From IMG/VR virus record IMGVR_UViG_3300031728_000001: a DNA stretch of 44,960 nucleotides; one strand, written 5' to 3'. This stretch comes from a virus. Numbering within the stretch: position 1 is the stretch's first letter; the number at the start of each line of letters is the position of its first letter. A program made the translations under genes and the position numbers. The notes below the pieces were generated by a model. That model was not told where the DNA came from and made no database searches. It was given only the letters and a program-made list of their open reading frames with translations. This document shows, in pieces, positions 18,303-26,493 of this stretch.

Positions 18303-18938
18303 ATGAATAATATTCAAGAAAATGATTTGGTAAAGAAATATATTGATATAGCAAAGGGTGTTGCAAGGTCATATTCGACGGTTACGCCAGACCATATTTC
18401 ATTTGATGATTTGTTTTCGGCTGGATTGATGGGTATTTTAAATTCTATTAGATCTGAAAAAACAAGATGTGTTAAGGCAAGAGTGGTTTGGGCAATCAAG
18501 GAAGAACTGAGAAGATGTGATTTTATAGATAAACAAAAACGAAAAAAGATCAATGATATTGAAATAGCTAAAGATAAATTATTTGTTAAATTGGGTAGAT
18601 ATCCTAAAGATATCGAAATTGCAGAAGAAGTTGGAATGAGTTTTGATGAATACAATAAATTTATACTTATGCATCAGGATTATAGATTATATGATGAGTT
18701 AGAAGATGTAGTTGTTGAAGATGAGGCTTTTTATGATGGTATTTTTGCTCGAGAAATTATTGAACGTGCTAATTTAAGCGAGCGAGAATTGGATCTTTTG
18801 AAGTTGTTTTATATTGATGGATATACATTAGTAGAAGTTGGAAAACAAATAGGTGTAAAAGAAGCAAGAGCATGCCAGATAAGACAGAGTATTTTGAAAA
18901 AGATTAGTAAGGCCACATCTGTTGATGAAGTAGCTTGA
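18303..18938 (+). CDS. sigma-70 family RNA polymerase sigma factor (sigma-28/SigF-like group)
   Basis: Region 2 DLFSAGLMGILNSIRS. Region 4 HTH LSERELDLLKLFYIDGYTLVEVGKQIGVKEARACQIRQSILKKI. Confidence 0.7.
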   Translation: MNNIQENDLVKKYIDIAKGVARSYSTVTPDHISFDDLFSAGLMGILNSIRSEKTRCVKARVVWAIKEELRRCDFIDKQKRKKINDIEIAKDKLFVKLGRYPKDIEIAEEVGMSFDEYNKFILMHQDYRLYDELEDVVVEDEAFYDGIFAREIIERANLSERELDLLKLFYIDGYTLVEVGKQIGVKEARACQIRQSILKKISKATSVDEVA

Positions 18939-18957
18939 TGTTTTTTTTAAAAAAAAG

Positions 18958-18986
18958 TTGACTAAACGTATTTTTTGCTGTAAAGA
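18958..18986 (+). promoter_or_regulatory. weak candidate promoter (AAAAAAGTTGACT box)
   Basis: Box family member with TTGACT and a poor -10 (TAAAGA). Confidence 0.2.
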
Positions 18987-19025
18987 TCATAGTAGGATGA
19001 TGACTAAGATAGTCATGGAGATATT

Positions 19026-20363
19026 ATGTTAGATACAGTCAAAGATTTTGCAAATAAGTATTTTAAATGTTTTCCTGTATATCTTGTAGGAGGGGGTGTC
19101 ATAGATTATCTTTGTGATCGTATTCCAAAAGATTTTGACATAGAAATTTATGGTTTATCAATAGACGAAATTTCAGACATATTAAAATCCAATGGTTTTG
19201 ACGTTAATTTTGTTGGGGCAAGTTTTGGAATAATCAAGACAGTATACAAGAATATTGATTTGGATATTTCTGTTCCCAGGGTAGATAATAGAATTGGGAA
19301 AGGTCATAAAGGATTTGATTGTTCTTTTCCTTCCAATATTTCGCCGAAAGAAGCGTCAAGAAGAAGAGATTTGACGATTAATTCAATTTTTTTAGATCTT
19401 CATACTTTGGATATTCATGATCCATGGGGAGGAGTTGAGGATTTAAGCAAGGGTGTGCTGAAAGCAACTGATTCAACAACATTTATTGAGGACCCGTTGA
19501 GGGTGCTTAGGGTTATGCAACTGTTAGCAAGGAAGGGAAAAAGTGTTGATTCAGATACTGTTGACTTATGTATTAGTATGGTCGATAGTTTTGTTGATTT
19601 GCCCCAAGAAAGAGTTTTTGAAGAGTTTGTGAAGCTTTTTAGTGCTAGTCGTCCATCAAAAGGGTTAATGTTTTTGGTAGATTCAAATTGGATTTTTTGT
19701 TTTCCAGAGTTGGAAAGCCTTATTGGATGTAAACAACATCCAGAATGGCATCCAGAAGGAGATGTCTGGGAACATACTTTAAGAGTTGTTGATTGGGCAG
19801 CTAAAGAGAAAGAAAATTTGGATGAGGATTGGCGTTTGGCGTTCATGTTTGGGGCATTGCTACATGACATTGGGAAGCCAGTGGTTGTGTCTGATGATTT
19901 TACTTGTCATGGCCATGATTTGGCTGGAGAGCCATTGACTAGGTCATTTATGGAAAGGATTACAAGGGATAAAGAACTGATTGATAGAGTTGTTTGCATT
20001 GTTAGAAATCATATGAGATGTGGACAACTTAGTTTTGGCGATGCTAAGAAATCAGGATGGAAGAGATTACATAATGACCTTAGGTTGGATGTTGCAGCAT
20101 CTCTTTCTAAGTGTGATTCATTGTCTAGATATAGTGAAGAATATGTATCAGGAATGGAACATGAGCCAAGTATGGTTGCTTTGCAGTATTTTGATGAATT
20201 TGGGAAAAAGCCAATTAAGCCTGTATTGATGGGGAGACATTTGATTGATGCAGGAATGAAGCCTGGCCCAGAGTTTGGTAAGATCTTGGATAGGGCATAT
20301 GATATCCAAATTGAAAACGGAATTTCTTGTCCAGACACATTGTTGAGGTTGGTTAATGGGTGA
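19026..20363 (+). CDS. cca: CCA-adding tRNA nucleotidyltransferase with HD domain
   Basis: YLVGGGVIDYLCDRIPKDFDIEIYG (PolyA_pol head). RRRDLTINSIF. HD motif LLHDIGKP. Confidence 0.7.
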   Translation: MLDTVKDFANKYFKCFPVYLVGGGVIDYLCDRIPKDFDIEIYGLSIDEISDILKSNGFDVNFVGASFGIIKTVYKNIDLDISVPRVDNRIGKGHKGFDCSFPSNISPKEASRRRDLTINSIFLDLHTLDIHDPWGGVEDLSKGVLKATDSTTFIEDPLRVLRVMQLLARKGKSVDSDTVDLCISMVDSFVDLPQERVFEEFVKLFSASRPSKGLMFLVDSNWIFCFPELESLIGCKQHPEWHPEGDVWEHTLRVVDWAAKEKENLDEDWRLAFMFGALLHDIGKPVVVSDDFTCHGHDLAGEPLTRSFMERITRDKELIDRVVCIVRNHMRCGQLSFGDAKKSGWKRLHNDLRLDVAASLSKCDSLSRYSEEYVSGMEHEPSMVALQYFDEFGKKPIKPVLMGRHLIDAGMKPGPEFGKILDRAYDIQIENGISCPDTLLRLVNG

Positions 20364-20583
20364 AATAACTGATAAAGATTTAGAGATTTATAGATGTATT
20401 GGATCTAATTGTAAAGACGGTAGTGAAGCAATAGTTTGTCTTGTGAGAGGTGCAAAGTCAAGACGATATTTATATCATGTTGAATGTTTTGAATGTGGTG
20501 CAAGAGGACCAGGAGGATTAACAAAGGTTGAAGCTATTTCAAATTGGAACAAATTTGTTGAAATAGGAAGTAGAGAATTATGA
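20356..20583 (+). CDS. Lar-family restriction-alleviation-like Cys-rich protein
   Basis: C..C...VECFECGARGPGG..VEAISNWN matches the Lar-family end pattern (C..CGa.gp....eAi..WN). Confidence 0.4.
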   Translation: MGEITDKDLEIYRCIGSNCKDGSEAIVCLVRGAKSRRYLYHVECFECGARGPGGLTKVEAISNWNKFVEIGSREL

Positions 20584-20918
20584 GATACAAACGTAGTTTG
20601 TTTCCATTTTTGATTTCTTTGATATGGCCAATTTGGATAGTAGTTTTTATATTTTTAATTAATAACCCGGAAAGAGTTTTGAAAATGAAAAAAACAGAAA
20701 TTGATAGTTCTGGATTATGGTTGGTTAAGTTTCATGGAGATGAAGCGACATCAGTAATTCGTATAATTAGAGGAAGACATGTTCAGGGTAAGGGTGATTC
20801 ACTTTTAATTTGTGACAATCCTGGAATGCCAAGGCAAGGAGTAACTCCATTTTGGATTACCAAAAAACATTTGGAAAAAGTATACAGAAAGATAAAAGAC
20901 CCGCTTGGTATTGAATAG
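20580..20918 (+). CDS. hypothetical membrane protein (N-terminal TM helix)
   Basis: LFPFLISLIWPIWIVVFIFLI. Confidence 0.5.
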   Translation: MRYKRSLFPFLISLIWPIWIVVFIFLINNPERVLKMKKTEIDSSGLWLVKFHGDEATSVIRIIRGRHVQGKGDSLLICDNPGMPRQGVTPFWITKKHLEKVYRKIKDPLGIE

Positions 20919-20956
20919 TGTTAAGAAATAATATTATAGGAAGTAAGGAGTATAAA

Positions 20957-21373
20957 ATGACAAAAGTATTTCTTGGTGGAACATGTAACGAGTCTTCTTG
21001 GAGGGATGTATTAATACCAATGTTGAATATTGATTATTTTAATCCAGTAGTTGATGTTGATGATTGGACTTCAGAACAACAGCAAATAGAGATTTATGAA
21101 AGGTCTATTTGTGATTTTTGTTTATATGTAGTTACTCCTAAAATGACAGGTGTTTATTCAATTGCTGAAGTTGTTGATGATTCAAATAAAAAGCCTTTTA
21201 AAACAATTTTTTGTTTTTTGCTTGAAGATGAAGGGAAACGTTTTGATAAAGGTCAGATTAAGTCTTTAGAGCAAGTAGCATCTTTAGTGTCTTCTAATGG
21301 AGCACAAGTATTAAAAAGTTTAAATGAAATAGCAATATTTTTGAATGGTTTCAATGAGTTTTATGATAAGTAA
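20957..21373 (+). CDS. nucleoside 2-deoxyribosyltransferase-like protein (low confidence)
   Basis: SD aggag. VFLGGT..(Rossmann-like)..TGVYSIAEVVDDSNKKPF loosely resembles the family. Confidence 0.3.
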   Translation: MTKVFLGGTCNESSWRDVLIPMLNIDYFNPVVDVDDWTSEQQQIEIYERSICDFCLYVVTPKMTGVYSIAEVVDDSNKKPFKTIFCFLLEDEGKRFDKGQIKSLEQVASLVSSNGAQVLKSLNEIAIFLNGFNEFYDK

Positions 21374-21653
21374 AAAATCTTGTGTTAGATGTGGACATTG
21401 TTGTACACAATATTTTACCGTTATAGTTGTAATCCCTGAGTTGGGGCCAAGAAAAGATAATATAAGGTCAATAAATATGCTTGAAGAGAGATGCCCACAT
21501 TTAGAAGGAGATCGGCCAGGAGAGTATTCTTGCAGAATACATGAATATGAATGGTTCAAGGATACACCTTGCGGACAATACAATTCAGACGGTTGTACAT
21601 TAGGAGAATATATCATTAGTAATAGTAAGAAGGATGGTTGCTGCAGTGGGTGA
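21363..21653 (+). CDS. YkgJ/UPF0153-like cysteine-cluster protein (CxxCxxCC)
   Basis: CVRCGHCC motif plus further Cys. Confidence 0.4.
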   Translation: MISKKSCVRCGHCCTQYFTVIVVIPELGPRKDNIRSINMLEERCPHLEGDRPGEYSCRIHEYEWFKDTPCGQYNSDGCTLGEYIISNSKKDGCCSG

Positions 21654-21795
21654 GAAAAGAAGATGGAAGACCTCTTTCGTTCAAAAGAAGATGTGATGCA
21701 AGTAGATATGCAGGAAGACACTTTAAAGACTACGAAAGACAACACTGGACAATATCTTGTGGTAAATAAAGAATAAAATAAAGAATAAAAAAGTG

Positions 21796-21824
21796 TTGAC
21801 AAACTATTGATAATTAGATAACAT
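21796..21824 (+). promoter_or_regulatory. putative promoter (AAAAAGTGTTGACAAA; -10 TAACAT, 17 nt spacer)
   Basis: Conserved box in a 250-bp intergenic region. Confidence 0.4.
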
Positions 21825-21900
21825 ATTTACTTGATAAAAATATAGTAATATTGAATCGATAGGAAATATAAGGAATAAACAATATTTAGGAGATAACAAA

Positions 21901-22053
21901 ATGAATACTGCAATCATATTGATAGTGCTTTTGGCTATAGGCTTTCTTGTAGCAGTTAGAATAGTTGGGATTAATAAGGGGGAGAAGAACCCAGAAGAAG
22001 ATGAAGATTGTCAAGAAGATGATATGGATGATGACATTTTTTCAGGCAAATAA
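21901..22053 (+). CDS. small membrane protein (50 aa: TM helix plus acidic tail)
   Basis: Strong SD aggag 8 nt upstream. Not in the ORF track. Confidence 0.45.
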   Translation: MNTAIILIVLLAIGFLVAVRIVGINKGEKNPEEDEDCQEDDMDDDIFSGK

Positions 22054-22055
22054 AC

Positions 22056-22439
22056 ATGGGTAGAAAGAAGAAAGAAAAAGTTGAAAGTGGTCAGCATCCA
22101 TTCTGGGCATTGTTATCAGAGTTGAAGGCTGAAGAGTTTGATAAAAATGTGACACTTTCTATTGGTGATATGGAGGCTAGATTAATTGCCACTTGGCCAA
22201 AAGTTACAAGAACAGTTCTTGGAACGCCTTTTGAAAATAAAAATATTCATGAAGCATGGAACTATATTGATTTTTATGCTGGTGGTTGGGCTAAGGCTGC
22301 TCTTGTGGATGAAGATATAGTATGGAAGAAGTGGCAAGGATTAGCCAATACAAAGTTGATATATCCTGATGGGACATATCCTGATGAAGTTAGAACTGTA
22401 TTGTTGGCTAAGGCAGATGCTTTGGCTAAGTTGAAATGA
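22056..22439 (+). CDS. hypothetical protein
   Basis: ORF. Confidence 0.5.
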   Translation: MGRKKKEKVESGQHPFWALLSELKAEEFDKNVTLSIGDMEARLIATWPKVTRTVLGTPFENKNIHEAWNYIDFYAGGWAKAALVDEDIVWKKWQGLANTKLIYPDGTYPDEVRTVLLAKADALAKLK

Positions 22440-22810
22440 GTGTTTTTACTTTTATTATTGGGGCTATAGTTGGATGGATTATTGGTGGGATAGTGAAACG
22501 AACTCGAGTTCGCAAAGCAAGAAATATGAAGAAAAGCATTTTTGATATAAAACAAGATCGGCCTGCAAAGAGAATACAGCAGGCTCTTTATAAAGAGAGA
22601 GACAAAGATGGAAGTAAATTGTTGTCATCATTAGAAGGGCAACAGGCTGAAATAAATGTATTATGGAACGCCGTGAATGATGAGAGAAAGAAGATTGGCA
22701 AGGGGCCAATTAGAATAACTAGAATAGAGGATGTTGAAAAAACTGCCTTTGGTCATATTGATTATGTACATAAAATAGCAATCTATTGTGAAGAGTTGGT
22801 TTATGAGTAA
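22436..22810 (+). CDS. hypothetical protein with N-terminal TM helix (alternative start 22526 directly after the palindrome)
   Basis: ORF; palindrome copy 4 lies within the 5' part. Confidence 0.45.
   Translation: MSVFTFIIGAIVGWIIGGIVKRTRVRKARNMKKSIFDIKQDRPAKRIQQALYKERDKDGSKLLSSLEGQQAEINVLWNAVNDERKKIGKGPIRITRIEDVEKTAFGHIDYVHKIAIYCEELVYE
22499..22512. repeat. copy 4 of palindrome (14-bp core CGAACTCGAGTTCG)
   Basis: Inside ORF 22436-22810, 13 nt before the internal ATG 22526. Confidence 0.85.
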
Positions 22811-22813
22811 GTT

Positions 22814-23029
22814 ATGAAAAGGAGATTTGATATAGGTGATTCTGTAATAGTTGATGATGAAAATTCTATGTTAAATCAAAGGCATGGTTTTGTTAGTGGA
22901 TATAATGAATCACGTGGTTATTATGTTGAATTCAAGACAACAATAACGATAATAGGTGGAAAGAATTTTTATTATTCTTGGTTTAAAGATGAACAATTGA
23001 GAGATGGAAAAGGTCCATGTCTTTATTGA
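22814..23029 (+). CDS. hypothetical protein
   Basis: ORF. Confidence 0.45.
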   Translation: MKRRFDIGDSVIVDDENSMLNQRHGFVSGYNESRGYYVEFKTTITIIGGKNFYYSWFKDEQLRDGKGPCLY

Positions 23030-23044
23030 TTATATGAAATAGGT

Positions 23045-23401
23045 TTGGCGTATATGATAATAGTTGCAATAGTTTGTGATAATTGTGGGCGTCAATACAG
23101 TCATAGGGAATTTAAAGAGGAGATTATTGATGATTTGCTTGATGCTCTCGAGACAAGAGGAATAAACAAGGATTTATGTAATGATTGTTCATTGAAAATA
23201 TCTAAAGATAGACCAATGTGGGAAGATATTACTCTTGCAGAAGGAATAGATATACGGTTGTGTAGGGCACCATCGATAAAATCTATGGCTTTTGAATGTT
23301 CGAAGAGTGTTTTTGAGAAAGATGTTGATATTTGTAAATATTATTGTGACAGAGAGATTGGTGATACGGAATTTGGTCTTTGTTTATTCAAAGATGAATA
23401 A
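23045..23401 (+). CDS. hypothetical zinc-ribbon protein (CDNCG..CNDC)
   Basis: ORF. Confidence 0.5.
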   Translation: MAYMIIVAIVCDNCGRQYSHREFKEEIIDDLLDALETRGINKDLCNDCSLKISKDRPMWEDITLAEGIDIRLCRAPSIKSMAFECSKSVFEKDVDICKYYCDREIGDTEFGLCLFKDE

Positions 23402-23416
23402 AAATAATATAATTTG

Positions 23417-23491
23417 GTGAATAAATATTCGTTATTTTATGGAAACCTCGGGATATAGAAAAAACGGATGAAAACTGTGAATAATTATTCA
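23417..23491. promoter_or_regulatory. pair of operator-like sites GTGAATAA(A/T)TATTC spaced exactly 60 bp apart; second is a perfect 14-bp palindrome TGAATAATTATTCA
   Basis: Direct read in the 113-bp intergenic region before gene 23515. Confidence 0.4.
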
Positions 23492-23514
23492 TAAAATATA
23501 AAAAGAGAGTTGAG

Positions 23515-23739
23515 ATGTTAGATAAAATACGAAAAAGTGATTTAAAAAAAGGTATGTGGGTTGCTTATATTGCTAATCAAGTAAATTATGGTGGGGAAAT
23601 AGAAGTTGGAAGAGTTAAAAGTTGGAATGATAAGTTTGTTTTTGTAGTATATAAATGTGCTGAAAATTGGGATCGGTATGAAGATTATACTGGAGTTGCT
23701 ACAAAAATAGAGGATTTAGTTATATATGATGGGGATTGA
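23515..23739 (+). CDS. hypothetical protein
   Basis: ORF. Confidence 0.5.
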   Translation: MLDKIRKSDLKKGMWVAYIANQVNYGGEIEVGRVKSWNDKFVFVVYKCAENWDRYEDYTGVATKIEDLVIYDGD

Positions 23740-23740
23740 T

Positions 23741-24055
23741 ATGATAATTGTAGCACCCAATTTACCAGATAAATATCATTTAGAATATGTAAAAAAAGAA
23801 ATGAAGAAACTTGGTGTACCTAAAATTAGAGCCATATGGTCAAAAACACATAATATATGGTTTGCAGCAGAAGGGTCACATCGTATTGCAGCAGCACATA
23901 AGGCTGGAATAGTTCCTATTATAATTGATATTACTGGAGAAGATGCAATTGTTCAGAAGAATGAAGAGGATACCCAAATGACTGCTAGAGAGTTAGAAGA
24001 TTGGTTGATTTCTGATCCTACTGCACCCAGATATGTTTTTGATGAAAATAATTGA
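23741..24055 (+). CDS. ParB/sulfiredoxin-like N-terminal domain protein
   Basis: IWFAAEGSHRIAAAHKAGIVPIIID resembles the ParB nuclease-domain core. Confidence 0.4.
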   Translation: MIIVAPNLPDKYHLEYVKKEMKKLGVPKIRAIWSKTHNIWFAAEGSHRIAAAHKAGIVPIIIDITGEDAIVQKNEEDTQMTARELEDWLISDPTAPRYVFDENN

Positions 24056-24256
24056 ATGGTAATTCGTAATAAAAAATGGAAATATATAGACCCATCTGGT
24101 GAATATGAAAAGACAGAATTAGAGATTTTAGCAGAATATTTTGAATGTTGGTCTGCTGAGATGAGAAAGAATGGAAGAGAGGACATTATTTCTGAAAAAA
24201 GATGTATAGATGATTGGGTTGCTATAAATTGTGCGTGGGAAGTGAAAGATGAATAA
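24056..24256 (+). CDS. hypothetical protein
   Basis: ORF. Confidence 0.45.
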   Translation: MVIRNKKWKYIDPSGEYEKTELEILAEYFECWSAEMRKNGREDIISEKRCIDDWVAINCAWEVKDE

Positions 24257-24521
24257 AAGAAAAGAAGAATTTTTTGAATCGGTACCTAAATGGGCTGATT
24301 TGTATGAGGTATCTCATGATACGGTTAAGATGAGAAGTTGTGCTGGTCCTTTTTCATCATTAACTAATTCTCATATGATATTGGGTCCACGGTGTTCGGG
24401 GCATGTACTTCAGAACGTTCAATTAACGAGATGTATCCTTGGGTTGTTTTCGCTCGGTCTGCTAGTTGTTTCTGGGTCCAGCGACGAGCAATTCGCGCAC
24501 TTCGAATCTGGAGGCCTGTAA
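24249..24521 (+). CDS. questionable ORF: AT-rich plausible N-terminus running on into a GC-rich foreign island (possibly disrupted gene)
   Basis: Composition switches at about 24375. Overlaps the antisense HTH gene. Confidence 0.2.
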   Translation: MNKRKEEFFESVPKWADLYEVSHDTVKMRSCAGPFSSLTNSHMILGPRCSGHVLQNVQLTRCILGLFSLGLLVVSGSSDEQFAHFESGGL

Positions 24522-24528
24522 TCCTCAT
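24364..24528 (-). CDS. XRE/Cro-C1-type HTH transcriptional regulator (only minus-strand gene; foreign codon usage)
   Basis: IRSARIARRWTQKQLADRAKTTQGYISLIERSEV matches the classic Cro/C1 HTH pattern. ATG at complement 24528 (the track ORF extends to a TTG at 24567). No clear SD. Confidence 0.5.
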   Translation of the reverse strand: MRITGLQIRSARIARRWTQKQLADRAKTTQGYISLIERSEVHAPNTVDPISYEN

Positions 24529-24715
24529 TAGTGTATATTTAGCTATTTCAAACACTATGGTCAACAAATATTAATAAATATTACGTAATATGTGAGCGTA
24601 TCAAGCAACCGCCCTACCAGACACCGAGGAGGTCCAATTTGTACCTTTAGATGTAAAAAATGTATGTCGATATATGATGAATGTGATGTAATAGGAGATA
24701 TAAAGTGTCCAAGTT

Positions 24716-24997
24716 GTGGATATGGAGGATAGTTTGAACGTTAAGGAGGCTAAGAAGGCAAAGAACAAGTGGAAGAAATCTGCACCATCTATGGGGGAGG
24801 ATGAAGCTAATGATATATTGTTGTCTTCTATGAAGTGGTTATCAAGACATGTTGATGGAGATGTTAAGGAAAGCAGAGAGCTTGGTGAGATGCTTCGTGA
24901 TAAAGGTATATGGTATATGTTTATTGAAGGAGATGAACAGAGGCCAATATTTAAGACTAGAAGAGGAAAATTTAGAAGAATGGAATGGCCTAATTAA
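24716..24997 (+). CDS. hypothetical protein
   Basis: ORF. Confidence 0.45.
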   Translation: MDMEDSLNVKEAKKAKNKWKKSAPSMGEDEANDILLSSMKWLSRHVDGDVKESRELGEMLRDKGIWYMFIEGDEQRPIFKTRRGKFRRMEWPN

Positions 24998-25007
24998 GAG
25001 GAATAAG

Positions 25008-25256
25008 ATGAATAAGATAGATTGGCCTACTGGAAGAAAGATGCATGTTCAGATTGTTGGTCTTGCACTACCTAATGGACGTCAAGTTCATTCTGAATTG
25101 GTGGAAGAGGCTTACAAAGAATATTGTCAGATGTTCGGAAATAGTCAAACGTTAGAAAGATTACAAGAGAGGGGTGGATTTGATATAGTTGAATTGGCTA
25201 CTTTTTTGTATATGAGGATAAAGCGGTTAGAGAAGAATATTGTAGAAAAAAGTTGA
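25008..25256 (+). CDS. hypothetical protein
   Basis: SD aagagga before ATG 25008 (internal start of ORF 24849-25256, avoids the overlap). Confidence 0.5.
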   Translation: MNKIDWPTGRKMHVQIVGLALPNGRQVHSELVEEAYKEYCQMFGNSQTLERLQERGGFDIVELATFLYMRIKRLEKNIVEKS

Positions 25257-25280
25257 CAAATTTTGTGTCGTATATAATAT
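25253..25280 (+). promoter_or_regulatory. putative promoter (AAAAGTTGACAAA; TATATAATAT -10 region)
   Basis: The upstream gene's TGA stop is embedded in TTGACA. TAATAT lies at a 16 nt spacer. Confidence 0.45.
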
Positions 25281-25385
25281 ATTTGCATGGATTTCTAGTT
25301 AGATTCTAGATGTGGAGTGAAAATGAAAAATGAAAATAGACAACATGAGTATCGTCCAGATGGATGGTTTCAGGTATCAGATTAG

Positions 25386-25709
25386 ATGATTTCTGATAAT
25401 AGAAATATATATATTTTAAACATTCTTATTGTTTTTATATGGTTGTTTAATTTTTTTGATGCTGTTTTTACGTGGTATTGGTTGAATAATGGTGCAGAAG
25501 AGTTGAACTGGATTATGAAGACATTGTTTGATGTTCATCCAATTTTGTTTTTCGTTTGTAAGGTCAGTTTTGTGACTATTTTTTTGATAATATTGAAAAG
25601 GTGGTCGAAAGACTATTTTCTTGCCAGAGTAGGAATTGTATTGTGTTCTGTTGTCTATTCATTTGTTATTTTATGGCATTTTTGTGGTGTATATTTGTGT
25701 TTTAGGTGA
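25386..25709 (+). CDS. hypothetical multi-pass membrane protein
   Basis: Three hydrophobic segments. Confidence 0.5.
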   Translation: MISDNRNIYILNILIVFIWLFNFFDAVFTWYWLNNGAEELNWIMKTLFDVHPILFFVCKVSFVTIFLIILKRWSKDYFLARVGIVLCSVVYSFVILWHFCGVYLCFR

Positions 25710-25719
25710 TTAGGATTGT

Positions 25720-25731
25720 GAACTCGAGTTC
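25720..25731. repeat. copy 5 of palindrome (tGAACTCGAGTTCgc; one flank mismatch)
   Basis: 15 nt before ATG 25747. Confidence 0.8.
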
Positions 25732-25746
25732 GCAAAAGAGGATGAA

Positions 25747-26085
25747 ATGTATGAAGATGGATATGTAGTAAGAGAAGAAATAGGTAAAAAGAGTGATGAG
25801 GTTGCTTGGTGTATTCCTATGGATTATGAGATAATTCAGATTGTTCTTTATATTAGGCAGGGTGATGATAATATCATATTTGATATCATTGAAGGTGAGC
25901 CACGTGTATTTGTTAGAAAAAATAAAAAAGCTACTATGTATCTTCAGCGTATAATTGATTCTTGTCATACGTTTGACATTATTGTCTTCAAGAAAAAAGG
26001 AGATGATTGTTGTGATGTTGTTGCTAAGGAAGGATCTATATCATGGTATAATGATAATCCATCATTAAAACGTAATTATGAATGA
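25747..26085 (+). CDS. hypothetical protein
   Basis: SD agagga. Confidence 0.5.
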   Translation: MYEDGYVVREEIGKKSDEVAWCIPMDYEIIQIVLYIRQGDDNIIFDIIEGEPRVFVRKNKKATMYLQRIIDSCHTFDIIVFKKKGDDCCDVVAKEGSISWYNDNPSLKRNYE

Positions 26086-26097
26086 TGGAGGAGAATA

Positions 26098-26493
26098 ATG
26101 TTTGATATATTTAGAAAGCCACATAAGGATAAAAAATATAGGCAGGTTTTTCTTGGTTACAATGATAGACGATTGGTGGGATGGGTAGATAACAGAATGG
26201 CCAGGAAAAGGAATTTGGTTAAAGTGAAGGGATATGATGGTGTATGGGAGATACTTGAAGTATTTGATGATGTAATAGTTGATGATGGGAATGTGGTAGT
26301 AGAAAGAAGAGATAAAATGTTGTCAGATAAAGCAATTTGTTGGACATGTAACAAGTTTGTATATTCTGGAGAGTTGGATATTGGATATTGTTATTATCAT
26401 GATAGAAATATGAAACAAGATTCACTTTGTATTCATCATCCAGATTATGTTGAAGGTGATTTTATTGATATAGAGGATGAAGATGAAAGTTGA
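26098..26493 (+). CDS. hypothetical protein
   Basis: ORF. Confidence 0.5.
   Translation: MFDIFRKPHKDKKYRQVFLGYNDRRLVGWVDNRMARKRNLVKVKGYDGVWEILEVFDDVIVDDGNVVVERRDKMLSDKAICWTCNKFVYSGELDIGYCYYHDRNMKQDSLCIHHPDYVEGDFIDIEDEDES

Noticed and set aside
18941-18956. T8A8 tract (ttttttttaaaaaaaa) after the sigma gene as a terminator
   Set aside because: There is no GC stem. It is just an AT palindrome. It may contribute DNA bending or an UP element for the weak promoter at 18958.
24380-24640. Possible tRNA or structured RNA in the GC-rich island (a TTCGAAT T-loop-like heptamer sits at 24501-24507)
   Set aside because: The flanking bases cannot form a T-stem (53-61 mismatch) on either strand, and no acceptor or D-arm pairing is evident. 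The minus-strand HTH ORF explains the conservation better. Still worth a covariance-model scan.
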